NCBI GenBank assembly: GCA_043798915.1
Contig: JAZDOG010000056.1
Coordinates: 1 to 64,000 of the forward strand
Reading direction: 5' to 3'
Length of the DNA stretch: 64,000 nt
Source of the DNA: Pseudomonadota bacterium
Lineage (GTDB): Bacteria; UBA10199; 2-02-FULL-44-16; JAAZCA01
A program made the position numbers and the translations under genes. This document shows positions 36,028 through 45,986 of the stretch, piece by piece (position 1 is the stretch's first letter; every line of letters begins with the position of its first letter). The notes beneath the pieces are model-generated. The model was not told where the DNA came from and did no database searches. It saw only the letters and a program-made list of their open reading frames with translations.

Positions 36028-36861
36028 ATGAAAGACCATATCCAGAACCTCATAGATCTCGCCCTCGCCGAGGATATCGGCGTGGGCGATATAACGACGA
36101 CGGCGATAATCGATCCGAAGGCGCGAGGCATAGGCATGATCGCCTCGCAGCAGCCTCTGGTGCTGGCCGGGATGGATGTGGCCAAGCGCGTATTCCAGAC
36201 GGTCGAGCCCGGCATCTCGTGGGACGCCAGGCGCCAGGACGGCACCCGCTGCGAAAACGGCGACATCATCGCAACGGTTGAAGGCAGCGCACGCGGGCTT
36301 CTGGCAGCCGAGCGAACCGCGCTCAATTTTCTGCAGAAGCTGTCGGGCGTGGCCACTCTCACCAACCTCTTCGCGCACGCGGTCCGCGACAAAAACGTGA
36401 AGATCCTCGACACGCGCAAGACGACGCCGGGCTTCCGCGCCCTGGAAAAATATGCCGTCAGGATGGGCGGGGGGACCAACCACCGCATGGGTCTCTACGA
36501 CCACTTCCTCGTCAAGAGCAACCACGTCGATTCGGCGGGCTCGCTCTCCGCTGCGCTCGAGCGCGCCATGAAAGCCAGACAGCCCGGCCAGCTGGTCTGG
36601 ATCGAGGCCAGAAACGTGAAGGAAGTGAAGGAGGCGCTGGACGGCGGCGCCGACATCATCTTGCTCGACAACATGTCCGTGAACGACGTGCGCGATGCAG
36701 TGAGGACCGTGAGGGGGCGCACCAAGGTGGAGGTTTCAGGAAACATCAATCTCGAGAGCCTCATCTCCTACGCAGCGACGGGCATCGACTATATCTCCGT
36801 CGGCACCATCACTCACTCCGCGCCGGCAGTCGACATCCACATGACCCTCAAAATAGAGTAA
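36028..36861 (+). CDS. nadC: Nicotinate-nucleotide pyrophosphorylase
   Basis: ERTALN, DTRKTTPG, NHRMGL, LLDNM. Confidence 0.96.
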   Translation: MKDHIQNLIDLALAEDIGVGDITTTAIIDPKARGIGMIASQQPLVLAGMDVAKRVFQTVEPGISWDARRQDGTRCENGDIIATVEGSARGLLAAERTALNFLQKLSGVATLTNLFAHAVRDKNVKILDTRKTTPGFRALEKYAVRMGGGTNHRMGLYDHFLVKSNHVDSAGSLSAALERAMKARQPGQLVWIEARNVKEVKEALDGGADIILLDNMSVNDVRDAVRTVRGRTKVEVSGNINLESLISYAATGIDYISVGTITHSAPAVDIHMTLKIE

Positions 36862-36864
36862 CCG

Positions 36865-37419
36865 TCAAAACATCAAATTCAAGGCAGGATCCACCGCCGC
36901 GCCATCCTCCAGGACCTCGAAGTGCAGATGCGGGCCTGTCGATCTGCCTGTCGCTCCCATGCCTCCTATGATCGTGCCGGCTTTAACCTCCTCGCCGGCC
37001 TTCACTGCCAGCATCTGCAGGTGGCAATAGCGCGTCCCGAGCCCGCCCCCGTGCGCGACGACCGCCATCCACCCGCAGTCTGACGCCCATCCCGCAAATG
37101 AGACTCGCCCCGCGGCGGCTGCACGGACGATCGAGTCCCTCAAATTTGCAAAATCTATCCCCGCGTGAAACCGCCGGCCAGCCCCCAGCGGGTCGCGCCT
37201 CCAGCCGTAGAGCGAGCTGATCCTGCCATCGGCGGGCAGCAGCAGAAATCGCCGCTCATGGGCGACGGCCTGGTCGCCCAGCGCACCCATCACCGGATCC
37301 GTCAGAAAAACATACCCTGTCATCCCTATGGACAGCGCATGTTCGTCTATCCGAACATCAGCGCAAGATGTGTTCGCAAAAAACAACACTATAACGATGA
37401 CGGGCAAGGCAATCCTCAT
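36865..37419 (-). CDS. M23 metallopeptidase
   Basis: HAGID, YCHL, TGRSTGPHLHFE. Confidence 0.9.
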   Translation of the reverse strand: MRIALPVIVIVLFFANTSCADVRIDEHALSIGMTGYVFLTDPVMGALGDQAVAHERRFLLLPADGRISSLYGWRRDPLGAGRRFHAGIDFANLRDSIVRAAAAGRVSFAGWASDCGWMAVVAHGGGLGTRYCHLQMLAVKAGEEVKAGTIIGGMGATGRSTGPHLHFEVLEDGAAVDPALNLMF

Positions 37420-37431
37420 AGAGCTGAATAC

Positions 37432-37447
37432 TGCATAAAACATGCCA
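37432..37447 (-). promoter_or_regulatory. Sigma54 promoter of the M23 gene
   Basis: Minus strand TGGCAT-GTTTT-ATGCA; palindrome ctgcagcga-t-tcgctgcag upstream at 37486-37504. Confidence 0.6.
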
Positions 37448-37575
37448 GCAAAACCTCCCATAATTTCTGAAGCGCCTCTTCATTTCTGCAGCGATTCGCT
37501 GCAGGGCGAACAAAAACGCTGCAGCCGCTGAGTTAGGAATTGACTGGGATCGCACCGGATGTATAGAGTGGCCTC

Positions 37576-39183
37576 ATGTTGGAGCTTGCCCTCCAGCGCG
37601 GCAGAACGGTCCTCACACGCCACACGGTTGGCGACGCGCCGATCACAATCGGCCGCGGCAGCGACAACATCTTAAGGCTCGTCGATCCCGAGATATCCAG
37701 ACATCACTGCAGAATAGAGAGGAAGGGGGAGGTCCTTCGCGTCACGGATCTCTCGACCAACGGAACCCTCGTCAACGGCAAGGCATTCAGGGACGCGACC
37801 ATCCGCGACGGCGACAGGCTCTCGATCGGACCGTGGACGATCATGGTCGAGGAGTCGGCCGGCGCCCTTTATCCAAACACCGTCGCATCGCCCGCCGGCG
37901 CAACTCGAATCGTCAGCTTCGACGCCCAGGAAAAGCTGCTCACCACCGAGTCGATCGAACTGACGATCAATTCCCCCGGCCAGTCCCAGATCAAAAAAAT
38001 ATTTTCCTCCGGAGAGGTCACGATAGGCCAGAACGCATCCTCCGGCATCTTCGTGTCGGATCCATACGTCTCGCGGCGCCACTGCCGCATAGAGAGCATC
38101 GGCAGCGCGGCAAGGCTCGTGGATCTCGGCTCCACAAACGGCACATACGTGAACGGCGTGCGGATCGGCGAAACGCTCCTGGGCCCTGCCGGAAACTTCT
38201 GCATCGGGAGGACGACCGTCTTATTCCGCATCATCGAATCGAGCGAGAAGCTGGCCGAATCGAAATCGGAGAAGCTGGGCTCCATGATCGGCCCGTCGAA
38301 GGCGATGCGCGGGGTCTTCGCGCTGATCGAGCGCGTCGGGCCCACCGGCGCCACCGTCTGCATCACGGGCGAAAGCGGCACGGGAAAAGAGCTCGCCGCC
38401 CGCGAGCTGCACGACGGAAGTCCAAGGCGGCGCGGCCCCTTCGTGGCCGTCAACTGCGGCGCCGTCCCCGCCTCCATCATCGAGAGCCAGCTCTTCGGCC
38501 ATGAACGCGGCGCATTCACGGGCGCGGTGGAGAGGATGGCTGGCCTCATCGAACAAGCCAGGGGCGGAACTCTCTTCCTGGACGAGATCGGCGAGATGCC
38601 GCTCGATATGCAGACGAGGCTGCTGCGCGTCCTGGAGACGAAGACGCTGCGCCGCGTCGGCGGGCAGGATGAAATCCCGGTCGACGTGAGGCTCGTCTGC
38701 GCCACCAACCGCGACTTGAAGCGCCTCGTCGAGGAGGGCAGGTTCAGGGAGGACCTCTTCTTCAGGATTTTCGTTGTCCCGCTCCACCTGCCGCCGCTGC
38801 GCGAACGCCCGGAGGACATCGGCGCGCTCATCGCCCATCTCATCCCGCAGCTCTCAGCGCAGGGGAAGCATCCGGTCTTCACGGACGGCGCGATTGAAAA
38901 GCTTTCCGCCCACACATGGCCTGGCAACGTCCGCGAGCTCAAAAACACGCTCGAGAGAACCCTGCTGCTTTCTGAAGGGAACGTGATCGATGCGGACGAG
39001 CTCAAGATCGAGAAGGTGAAGACGTCGGCGACTGAGAGCGGCCACCTGAAGGACCGCGAGCGCGGGGTCATCGCCGCGGCGATCAGCGAATGCAATGGAA
39101 ATCTTTCGAATGCCTGCAGGAGACTGGGGATTGCGCGCACCACCCTGCAGAAAAAAATAAAGAAATATGGCATCGTCCATTGA
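37576..39183 (+). CDS. Double-FHA sigma54-dependent transcriptional activator
   Basis: Two FHA domains (SR.H, STNGT), GESGTGKE, GAFTGA, DEIGEM, WPGNVREL, Fis-type HTH. Confidence 0.95.
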   Translation: MLELALQRGRTVLTRHTVGDAPITIGRGSDNILRLVDPEISRHHCRIERKGEVLRVTDLSTNGTLVNGKAFRDATIRDGDRLSIGPWTIMVEESAGALYPNTVASPAGATRIVSFDAQEKLLTTESIELTINSPGQSQIKKIFSSGEVTIGQNASSGIFVSDPYVSRRHCRIESIGSAARLVDLGSTNGTYVNGVRIGETLLGPAGNFCIGRTTVLFRIIESSEKLAESKSEKLGSMIGPSKAMRGVFALIERVGPTGATVCITGESGTGKELAARELHDGSPRRRGPFVAVNCGAVPASIIESQLFGHERGAFTGAVERMAGLIEQARGGTLFLDEIGEMPLDMQTRLLRVLETKTLRRVGGQDEIPVDVRLVCATNRDLKRLVEEGRFREDLFFRIFVVPLHLPPLRERPEDIGALIAHLIPQLSAQGKHPVFTDGAIEKLSAHTWPGNVRELKNTLERTLLLSEGNVIDADELKIEKVKTSATESGHLKDRERGVIAAAISECNGNLSNACRRLGIARTTLQKKIKKYGIVH

Positions 39184-39383
39184 AGCAAATTTGCCAATCC
39201 GGCATCCGAATACCCATCAGCGCGGCAACTTTTGACACCCCCATCGATCCCCTCAAAACCCTGCAGGCCCGATTTTCCGGCTACGGGCACATCAGGACCG
39301 GGTGAGAAAAACCCCAGCACCTGAGAACCTTCAAATTTTGACTTCTCAAGCGTCTGAAATGGCGGGGTTTTTTATGTGCATTC

Positions 39384-39399
39384 TGGCACTGTTTTTGCT
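39384..39399 (+). promoter_or_regulatory. Sigma54 promoter of the large lipoprotein gene
   Basis: TGGCAC-TGTTT-TTGCT. Confidence 0.8.
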
Positions 39400-39512
39400 A
39401 GTTGATTAGGACTAAGAAGGGCGTGCAAGCGCTGTATTCCTCGGCTATATAATGGTGGGACAGCGCGATAGTGCGCAGGGTGGTTTAAGTCAAAACAAAA
39501 AAGGAGGGGGAT

Positions 39513-41558
39513 ATGAAGAACAAACTGTTATTGATTGGGATGTTCCTCGCTGCGGGTTTTCTCTTCGCCGCGTGCGGTGGAAGCAGCGGCGGTGGAGGCG
39601 GCAGCAGCACCGGAGGGGCAAGCGTGGATTCTCTGAGTTCGCTCCCGTCTGTCGACCTCTCACAGTATGACTCGAGCGCCGGCGCCAGCGCAAACCTGGC
39701 GGTCGGCAAGTCGATGGATATATCCAAGACATTCGGCGACGACATGCATGGCGTCGGAGGGGCCTCGCGCGCGGGCTGCGAGCAGAACATGCACAAGCAG
39801 GAGGTCTTCAGGATGAGCCAGATGTCGCAACTCGACCGGTGCTACCCTGAAGCGATGGAGAAGGCCGGCTTAATCCCCGCGATCCCGACGGGGCGCTTTG
39901 CGTACTACAGTGTCTCAAAGCCCCCCATGACGGATGCCGAGAGGGCCCAGATGTGCAGCAACATCCCGGCTGACCGCGTGGAAGACCTCGCGGCCTGTGA
40001 AAGCGAAGCGGCGGCAGACAGCGCCGGGAAAAGCACGTACCTGAGGCTCGGAAAGATCGGCGGCGAACTCCAGATCGACATGTGCGAGGGCAGCCCCGCG
40101 ACACAGGTCAACTCCGCAACGTATGGGGCAAGCGGCACGGTCTACACCGCCGCAGTCGTGAGGAAGGGCAATTTCGGAGGCAAGTCGGAGAGCGGAAAGT
40201 TCGACATGAGCGTCGATATCGGCACGGGCGGAAGCGTGACAGACAGCATAGTGACGCTGGGGACCAACGGCCTGGTCAGCGCCGCAGGCGCCATGAACGG
40301 AAGATTCGGCAGCGGAAACATCTCGTTCAACAGGATCGCTGATTCGAGCGTGAAGATAACTGGCGCATTCGCCGGCTCGTTCACCGATCCTTTCAGCAGC
40401 TCGGTGACCTCCTTCTCGGGCAAGACATATGCCCACATGGGCGGAAGCCCCGTGACCGGCTGCGCGAAGTTTGAGTTCACGGGGAACCCGCCGGCGATGA
40501 ACGTGAAGGACATGATCCCGTTCAACATCAGCGCGGACGATCTGGCGATGTTCCTCCAGACATTCGGGGCGCAGATCGGAATCACGCTGACGACCGCCAA
40601 TTATCAGACAGTCCGGCTGTGTCCGAATACTGACTTCGATCCGATGAATCCTGACCCGGCCATCAAGCCCATGACGCTTCTGACCTCAGGGGACACCTGT
40701 CCAAGCGTCACGCAGGGCGGCACGGAGTGCTTCGGCGTGACAAACGCAATATCGACGACCGAACTCGGCGCAAGCGAGGTTTCGCAGATATTCACGATCG
40801 CCGCCAACGCCACCGCGGCGTACTACGCCGAGGTGTCGGCCTTTGACCTCTTGCCCCTGAGCTCCACGATCGGGGCCATCGACTTCCCGAGGGCATGGGA
40901 CTGCACGGGTGCCTTCACGGCAGTCGACTTCGCAAGCGTCAGCCGGACGGCGATAGAAGCTGCCATAAGCAAATGCAAACAGATCGAGGAGAAGGCCCGG
41001 ATGAACGGCGGCATGGGCAACGAGGGGCAGTGCGGCAAGGGCGAGCAGATGAACAGCGTCAACAATATGGTTGATGACGGCGGCGGAACAACGACATTCG
41101 GTCCTTTTGGCGGCGAATATAGCTTCAGTGACTTCGGCGGCTGCCCGCACCAACTTGCTCTGCCTCCCAAGATTTTCGCAAACACCGTGGACGTGGCCGC
41201 CAACGAGTACTGCATACCGGTGAATGGGGGATGCGCTCCGTTCACTGTCGCTCCCGCCGGTCCTAACTTTGCCGGAACACCGACCACGTCAACCCAGGAG
41301 ATCTCGTTTGGAGGTTTGTACATCCAACGGTTCGGCTACAATGCGAGTCCGGCAACAACCGCTCAAATCCGTTTTTCAAATCATTCAGATCCTTTCTGCG
41401 ACGCCATCTATACCGTTAGCCAGCCGAGCTTCAGCGCACCGACTTCAGGCATCGCGATGCCAGCACCATGTGTCGCTGCGGGCCTCACGGATCCCTCCAC
41501 CGACGCTGATGCATGCAAACAGCTGTGCATGACGTCCGGAGTGGATTGCAGGCCATAA
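39513..41558 (+). CDS. Large Cys-containing lipoprotein of unknown function
   Basis: Lipobox FAAC, Gly/Ser linker, 681 aa; RBS aggagg. Confidence 0.85.
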   Translation: MKNKLLLIGMFLAAGFLFAACGGSSGGGGGSSTGGASVDSLSSLPSVDLSQYDSSAGASANLAVGKSMDISKTFGDDMHGVGGASRAGCEQNMHKQEVFRMSQMSQLDRCYPEAMEKAGLIPAIPTGRFAYYSVSKPPMTDAERAQMCSNIPADRVEDLAACESEAAADSAGKSTYLRLGKIGGELQIDMCEGSPATQVNSATYGASGTVYTAAVVRKGNFGGKSESGKFDMSVDIGTGGSVTDSIVTLGTNGLVSAAGAMNGRFGSGNISFNRIADSSVKITGAFAGSFTDPFSSSVTSFSGKTYAHMGGSPVTGCAKFEFTGNPPAMNVKDMIPFNISADDLAMFLQTFGAQIGITLTTANYQTVRLCPNTDFDPMNPDPAIKPMTLLTSGDTCPSVTQGGTECFGVTNAISTTELGASEVSQIFTIAANATAAYYAEVSAFDLLPLSSTIGAIDFPRAWDCTGAFTAVDFASVSRTAIEAAISKCKQIEEKARMNGGMGNEGQCGKGEQMNSVNNMVDDGGGTTTFGPFGGEYSFSDFGGCPHQLALPPKIFANTVDVAANEYCIPVNGGCAPFTVAPAGPNFAGTPTTSTQEISFGGLYIQRFGYNASPATTAQIRFSNHSDPFCDAIYTVSQPSFSAPTSGIAMPAPCVAAGLTDPSTDADACKQLCMTSGVDCRP

Positions 41559-41593
41559 AGGGCTGCAAGGCCGCGCTCGGGCGAAAGATGAGC

Positions 41594-41635
41594 AAAAAAC
41601 CCCCTCCGCTGATTCAGGCGGAGGGGGTTTTGTTT
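41594..41635. terminator. Bidirectional intrinsic terminator
   Basis: aaaaaaccccctccgc...gcggagggggtttt between convergent genes. Confidence 0.85.
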
Positions 41636-41651
41636 GTGTTTTCGTTTTTGG

Positions 41652-42125
41652 TTATTGGCGATCTGAAGACAGTTTCCTGAGCATCTCTCCGGCGCCCGTG
41701 TGATCGGGGTTTATTTCGAGGGCGCGCTTCAAAAATTCGATAGCCTCGTCCGTCTTCCCCTCTGTGCCCGCTATGAACCCCAGCTCGTAAAACACCTCGG
41801 CGTCCGCAACCGGATCGCGGGCCACTTCCTTGAGGAGAGGCCCGGCTTCAGCGTAGCGCGCCGCGCCAAAGTAGCTCAAGGCGAGCCCCCTCTTGAGCTC
41901 GGCGCTGTCCGGCGTCTTCTCCAGCATCTTCTTGTAGGTCTCTATCAGCGGCGCATACATCTGCTGGCGATATGCCGCCTCGCCGCGCTGCTGGATAGCC
42001 TCCATGGCAACCGGCGGAGACAGCCGCACGGGCTTGATCTCCGGCCCGCGGCGCCAGTAAACGATGGCCGCTGCGGCAGCGCCGAGAGCCAGAATCGCCA
42101 CTAAATAAAAGAGTTTGTTTTTCAT
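41652..42125 (-). CDS. Membrane-anchored TPR protein
   Basis: N-terminal TM; TPR pattern G..DEAIE.L.RALEINP. Confidence 0.8.
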   Translation of the reverse strand: MKNKLFYLVAILALGAAAAAIVYWRRGPEIKPVRLSPPVAMEAIQQRGEAAYRQQMYAPLIETYKKMLEKTPDSAELKRGLALSYFGAARYAEAGPLLKEVARDPVADAEVFYELGFIAGTEGKTDEAIEFLKRALEINPDHTGAGEMLRKLSSDRQ

Positions 42126-42179
42126 GCGTTCCTAATTATCATATCCGTGATTCGTTGTCAGCTGTCAAGAGGGAGCAAC

Positions 42180-43211
42180 ATGCGCGAGGCGATGCTCTAC
42201 AACAGGGAGGCGGACAGGCAGGTGCGCTGCAACCTCTGCCGCCACGGCTGCCTGATCGGCGACGGCAAAAACGGCATCTGCAACGTGAGGCTCAACGACG
42301 CCGGGACGCTCTACTCGATATTCTACGGAAAGCCGATCGCCATGGCGGTCGATCCGATCGAAAAGAAGCCACTCTTTCACTATAAACCCGGTTCCACTGC
42401 CTTCTCGATCGCAACCCCGGGCTGCAACTTCCAGTGCACCTTCTGCCAAAACTCCGACATCTCGCAGTACGGCCGGGACGCCATGGCGCGCGTCCCGTCG
42501 CAGGAGGTGGCCCCGGAGGCGGTCGTCTCGCAGGCGAAGGCAAACCATTGCGCAAGCATTTCATACACCTACACCGAGCCCACGATCTTCTTCGAGTATG
42601 CCTGCGACATCGCAAGGCTCGCGAAGGCGGCCGGAATAGGCAACAACTTCGTGACGAACGGCTACATGACCCGCGAGGCCCTGGACATCATAAAGCCGTG
42701 TCTCGACGCGGCCAACGTCGACCTCAAGGCGTTCAGGAAGGACACATATCGAAAGGTGATGAGGGCGGAGCTCGACGGCGTCCTGGATTCCATACGCTAC
42801 ATGAAGGAGTTGGGGCTATGGGTCGAGGTGACGACCCTCGTCGTGACGGGGATGAACGACACCGAGGCGGAGCTCTCCGACATCGCTAAATTCCTCGTCG
42901 GAGTCGGGCGCGACATTCCCTGGCACATCAGCCGCTTTGTGCCGCACTACAAGATGGAGAACACGCCTGCCACCCCGTTCGCAACCCTCAGGATGGCGTT
43001 CGACATAGGCCGCAAGGCAGGCCTCAGATACGTCTACATGGGAAACGTCCCGGGCGACGAATCCGAGAACACATACTGCTACGATTGCGACGAGAAGCTG
43101 ATCTCCCGCAACGGTTTCCGCATGACAGCCAACCGCATCACGAACCGCGGCGAGTGTCCGAAGTGCAAGGCCAAGATAGACGGGATAGGGATGGGCGTTG
43201 CGGGGAAGTGA
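42180..43211 (+). CDS. amrS: AmmeMemoRadiSam system radical SAM enzyme
   Basis: DPIEKKPLFH, GCNFQCTFCQN, YTYTEP, YVYMGNV. Confidence 0.93.
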   Translation: MREAMLYNREADRQVRCNLCRHGCLIGDGKNGICNVRLNDAGTLYSIFYGKPIAMAVDPIEKKPLFHYKPGSTAFSIATPGCNFQCTFCQNSDISQYGRDAMARVPSQEVAPEAVVSQAKANHCASISYTYTEPTIFFEYACDIARLAKAAGIGNNFVTNGYMTREALDIIKPCLDAANVDLKAFRKDTYRKVMRAELDGVLDSIRYMKELGLWVEVTTLVVTGMNDTEAELSDIAKFLVGVGRDIPWHISRFVPHYKMENTPATPFATLRMAFDIGRKAGLRYVYMGNVPGDESENTYCYDCDEKLISRNGFRMTANRITNRGECPKCKAKIDGIGMGVAGK

Positions 43212-43215
43212 AATC

Positions 43216-44253
43216 TTATTTCGCTGATGATCCTGCTGTCAATCCAGCAAGAATCTTCTGCAAATCGGAACTGCTTGTTGCAGCGGCTATCCTTTTGGCT
43301 ATTGCCTCCGGGATGTTTGCAGGTGCAATGTTTTGGCCTTGGGCTTTAAGAATCCCGGCTGCTTGAATTTGAGCCGGCGACGGTGCTGCCGGTGCAGGAG
43401 GCGGCCTGCCGGGGGAGCGAGGTGCAGACGCGGCGTTTGCCTCTGACGCAGCCTTTCGCTTTTCATCCACTGCCTTGTCATACTCCGCGCGCGCCTCGTT
43501 CCTCTTTTTCAGCATATCTTTTTCGTGTTGCGTTGCGGCAGCTGCATCAGCCTTTGCCTTGGCAAGCTCCGTTTCCATTTTGGCGAGCCGGTTTTTCTTC
43601 TTATCCAGATCGCTATCGTAATAGGGATCCTTCTCCCGGTTGCGAATCGCATCCTCCTTGTCGGCAAGGCCCTTTGCCTCAGACTGGGCCCGAGCAAGCT
43701 GCTCCGGAGCCGTATTCCGTCCGACGTCAGCCACCTTGAAATATTGGTTTGGATTCAGCACGGCAGACGCAGAGGTGCGCGTCGATAACGAGGCATCGGT
43801 CATCTTCATGCCCAGGGCGTGAAAAAACAAGATAAGCGCCCCGCCAAAATTTTGATTTTCAAGGATGCGCTCAAGGATGCCTTTCGACCACGCGCCAAAA
43901 AAATCTATATTGAACCGCCACTGGTAGAACCTCGCCATGTCGAACGAAGAACTTACGTTGCGCCTCTCCGGCTCCAGTTCCCTCCATTTTTCGGCATTGG
44001 CATGGGCAACCTGCTCGGCGGTCTCGCGAGCCGTCCTGACAGAATCCTGCAGGCCCTGCACTCCACCGACCTTCATCTCCAGCTGCCGCTCGTCGGATTC
44101 TTTCTCTGAACGCGCCCCTCTTCCTTCGGCAAGCGCCTCGCTCGCATCATCTTGGGCTTCTTTCTTCACCTGAGCAGCGGCATCGGCCCGATCGTAGTTT
44201 TCACGAAGGGTCTTTGGGTCGACAGCTGTGGTGCCTGCCCCGCCATTCCACAT
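43216..44253 (-). CDS. Coiled-coil hypothetical protein
   Basis: 345 aa, Ala/Glu/Lys-rich helices, no signal peptide; RBS ggagga. Confidence 0.7.
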   Translation of the reverse strand: MWNGGAGTTAVDPKTLRENYDRADAAAQVKKEAQDDASEALAEGRGARSEKESDERQLEMKVGGVQGLQDSVRTARETAEQVAHANAEKWRELEPERRNVSSSFDMARFYQWRFNIDFFGAWSKGILERILENQNFGGALILFFHALGMKMTDASLSTRTSASAVLNPNQYFKVADVGRNTAPEQLARAQSEAKGLADKEDAIRNREKDPYYDSDLDKKKNRLAKMETELAKAKADAAAATQHEKDMLKKRNEARAEYDKAVDEKRKAASEANAASAPRSPGRPPPAPAAPSPAQIQAAGILKAQGQNIAPANIPEAIAKRIAAATSSSDLQKILAGLTAGSSAK

Positions 44254-44274
44254 AGAGTTCGTCCTCCACCTATA

Positions 44275-44302
44275 TTATCGGCGGGGAGTATGCCAAAGTT
44301 GC
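44275..44302 (-). promoter_or_regulatory. Sigma28 (FliA)-type promoter
   Basis: Minus strand -10 GCCGATAA exact; upstream GCAACTTT is not the canonical -35. Confidence 0.5.
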
Positions 44303-44351
44303 GTCTTTTTGTAAATATATTTTATAGTAATATCAAGCACTTAAACTCGGT

Positions 44352-45431
44352 CTAGATAGCCAGCATCCGGTCCAGTGCCAGTTTGGCATCTCGGGCGACG
44401 TCTTCAGACACGAAGACCTCGTTCACTTGCCCCAGATTTTCGAGCGTCCAGCAGAGGTCGGCGAGTGAAATTTTGAACATATTGGGGCAGAGCGACCGGG
44501 CGAGCGGCACTATTTTTTTCTCGGGGTGTTTGCGCGCGAGCCTCGCGACCAGATTTATCTCCGTGCCGATCACAACCGTGGAACCATCTGGCGCATCCTC
44601 AGCGTATTTCTTGAGGTACGCCGTCGAACCCTGGCTGTCCGAAAGATCCACGACCTCCGGATTGCATTCTGGATGCACCACTATCCTGCAGCCGAGGTAA
44701 GCCGCCCTCGCCTTGCCCACGTGCTCCGGCGTGAAATAGGTGTGGACGTGGCAGTAGCCCTTCCAGACGATGAGGCGTGCACCGCGAATCTTCGCCGCGT
44801 CGATTCCGCCTCCCTTCACCGCCGGATCCCAGAGCGCGACGTCGTCGTCGCTCATGAGCAGCGATCGCGCGGTGTTTCTCCCAAGGTTCTCGTCGGGGAA
44901 AAAGAAGATGCGCTTGCCCTGCCCCGTCGCCCATTCGAACGCGCGCGACGCAGAAGATGAGGTGCAGACCGCTCCGCCTTTCTTTCCACAGAAGGCCTTG
45001 AGCTCCGCGGTCGAATTCATGTACGTGATCGGCAGAAAATCGCCGGCCGTGCCCGCCGCTTCAAGGGCGCGCCACGCGGCCTCCACCTGCTCGATCGACG
45101 CCATGTCTGCCAAGGGACAGCCCGCATCCATGTCGGGCAGGAAAACGCGCTGGCCAGGCCTCGCCAGAATGACGCTAGCCTCCGCCATGAAGTGCACGCC
45201 GCAGAAGACGATCCACTTCGCCTCTGACTCCGCGCCCTCCTTCGCCAGCGCAAAGCTGTCCCCCTCTATGTCGGCGAAACCGGCCACCTCGTCGCGCTGA
45301 TAATAGTGGCCGAGGATGAGGAGCTCCTTGCCCATCCGCTCTTTGACAGCGGCGATCCGGCGCCTGAGTTCGGCTTCATCCATTTCTCGATATTTATCCG
45401 GCATCGTTTCATTTATCGGCATTGCGGACAC
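44352..45431 (-). CDS. nadA: Quinolinate synthase
   Basis: HYYQ, CGVHFMAE, AGCPLAD, CTSS, C.VH, HPEC, GTE, CPNM. Confidence 0.96.
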   Translation of the reverse strand: MSAMPINETMPDKYREMDEAELRRRIAAVKERMGKELLILGHYYQRDEVAGFADIEGDSFALAKEGAESEAKWIVFCGVHFMAEASVILARPGQRVFLPDMDAGCPLADMASIEQVEAAWRALEAAGTAGDFLPITYMNSTAELKAFCGKKGGAVCTSSSASRAFEWATGQGKRIFFFPDENLGRNTARSLLMSDDDVALWDPAVKGGGIDAAKIRGARLIVWKGYCHVHTYFTPEHVGKARAAYLGCRIVVHPECNPEVVDLSDSQGSTAYLKKYAEDAPDGSTVVIGTEINLVARLARKHPEKKIVPLARSLCPNMFKISLADLCWTLENLGQVNEVFVSEDVARDAKLALDRMLAI

Positions 45432-45659
45432 CTCATATTGTGCAATTTTTATTTAGGGGAGCCTCATCCCTGGAACCCAAGCCGGCTCCCTTAAGGCTAT
45501 TCATCACGAAAATGGCGGCGGTTTCAACACCTCATTAGACAGGACATCTGTCGGCACAAATCAGGGGTTTCCCTTCGTCAGCCCCTAAAAAGTTCGTATG
45601 CGCAATAATGGAAAATATAATTGCCAAATAATGCATTAATGTATATAATGGATTCCATT

Positions 45660-45986
45660 ATGACAAAAAAAATGGTCTCCAATCTCCCCTCCGTGCAGAG
45701 GCTCCTGAGCGAACTGGGCGCCAATATCAGACTGGCACGGCTGCGCCGCAGATTTTCGGCGAGCCTGGTCGCGGAGCGGGCAGGGATATCCCGCCCGACA
45801 CTGCGGAGCATTGAACGTGGCGAATCGAGTGTAACTCTGGGAGCATACGCGCGCGTCCTGCTGTGTCTGGGACTGGAGAAAGACTTGAGTTCCATCGCGC
45901 GGGATGACGCCTTGGGCCGCAAGATTCAGGACGCCCAACTGCCGCTCAGAGCGAGGGCTCCGCGCCATCGCGAGGAACACAAATGA
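45660..45986 (+). CDS. XRE HTH antitoxin (HipB-like)
   Basis: LGANIRLARLRR...AERAGISRPTL.SIERG; ATGA coupling to hipA; operator-like palindrome taatgga-t-tccatta at 45646-45660. Confidence 0.85.
   Translation: MTKKMVSNLPSVQRLLSELGANIRLARLRRRFSASLVAERAGISRPTLRSIERGESSVTLGAYARVLLCLGLEKDLSSIARDDALGRKIQDAQLPLRARAPRHREEHK

Noticed and set aside
29654..36861. pruA-proline dehydrogenase-rocD-valS-nadC run as a novel pathway
   Set aside because: Ordinary proline/ornithine catabolism next to housekeeping genes.
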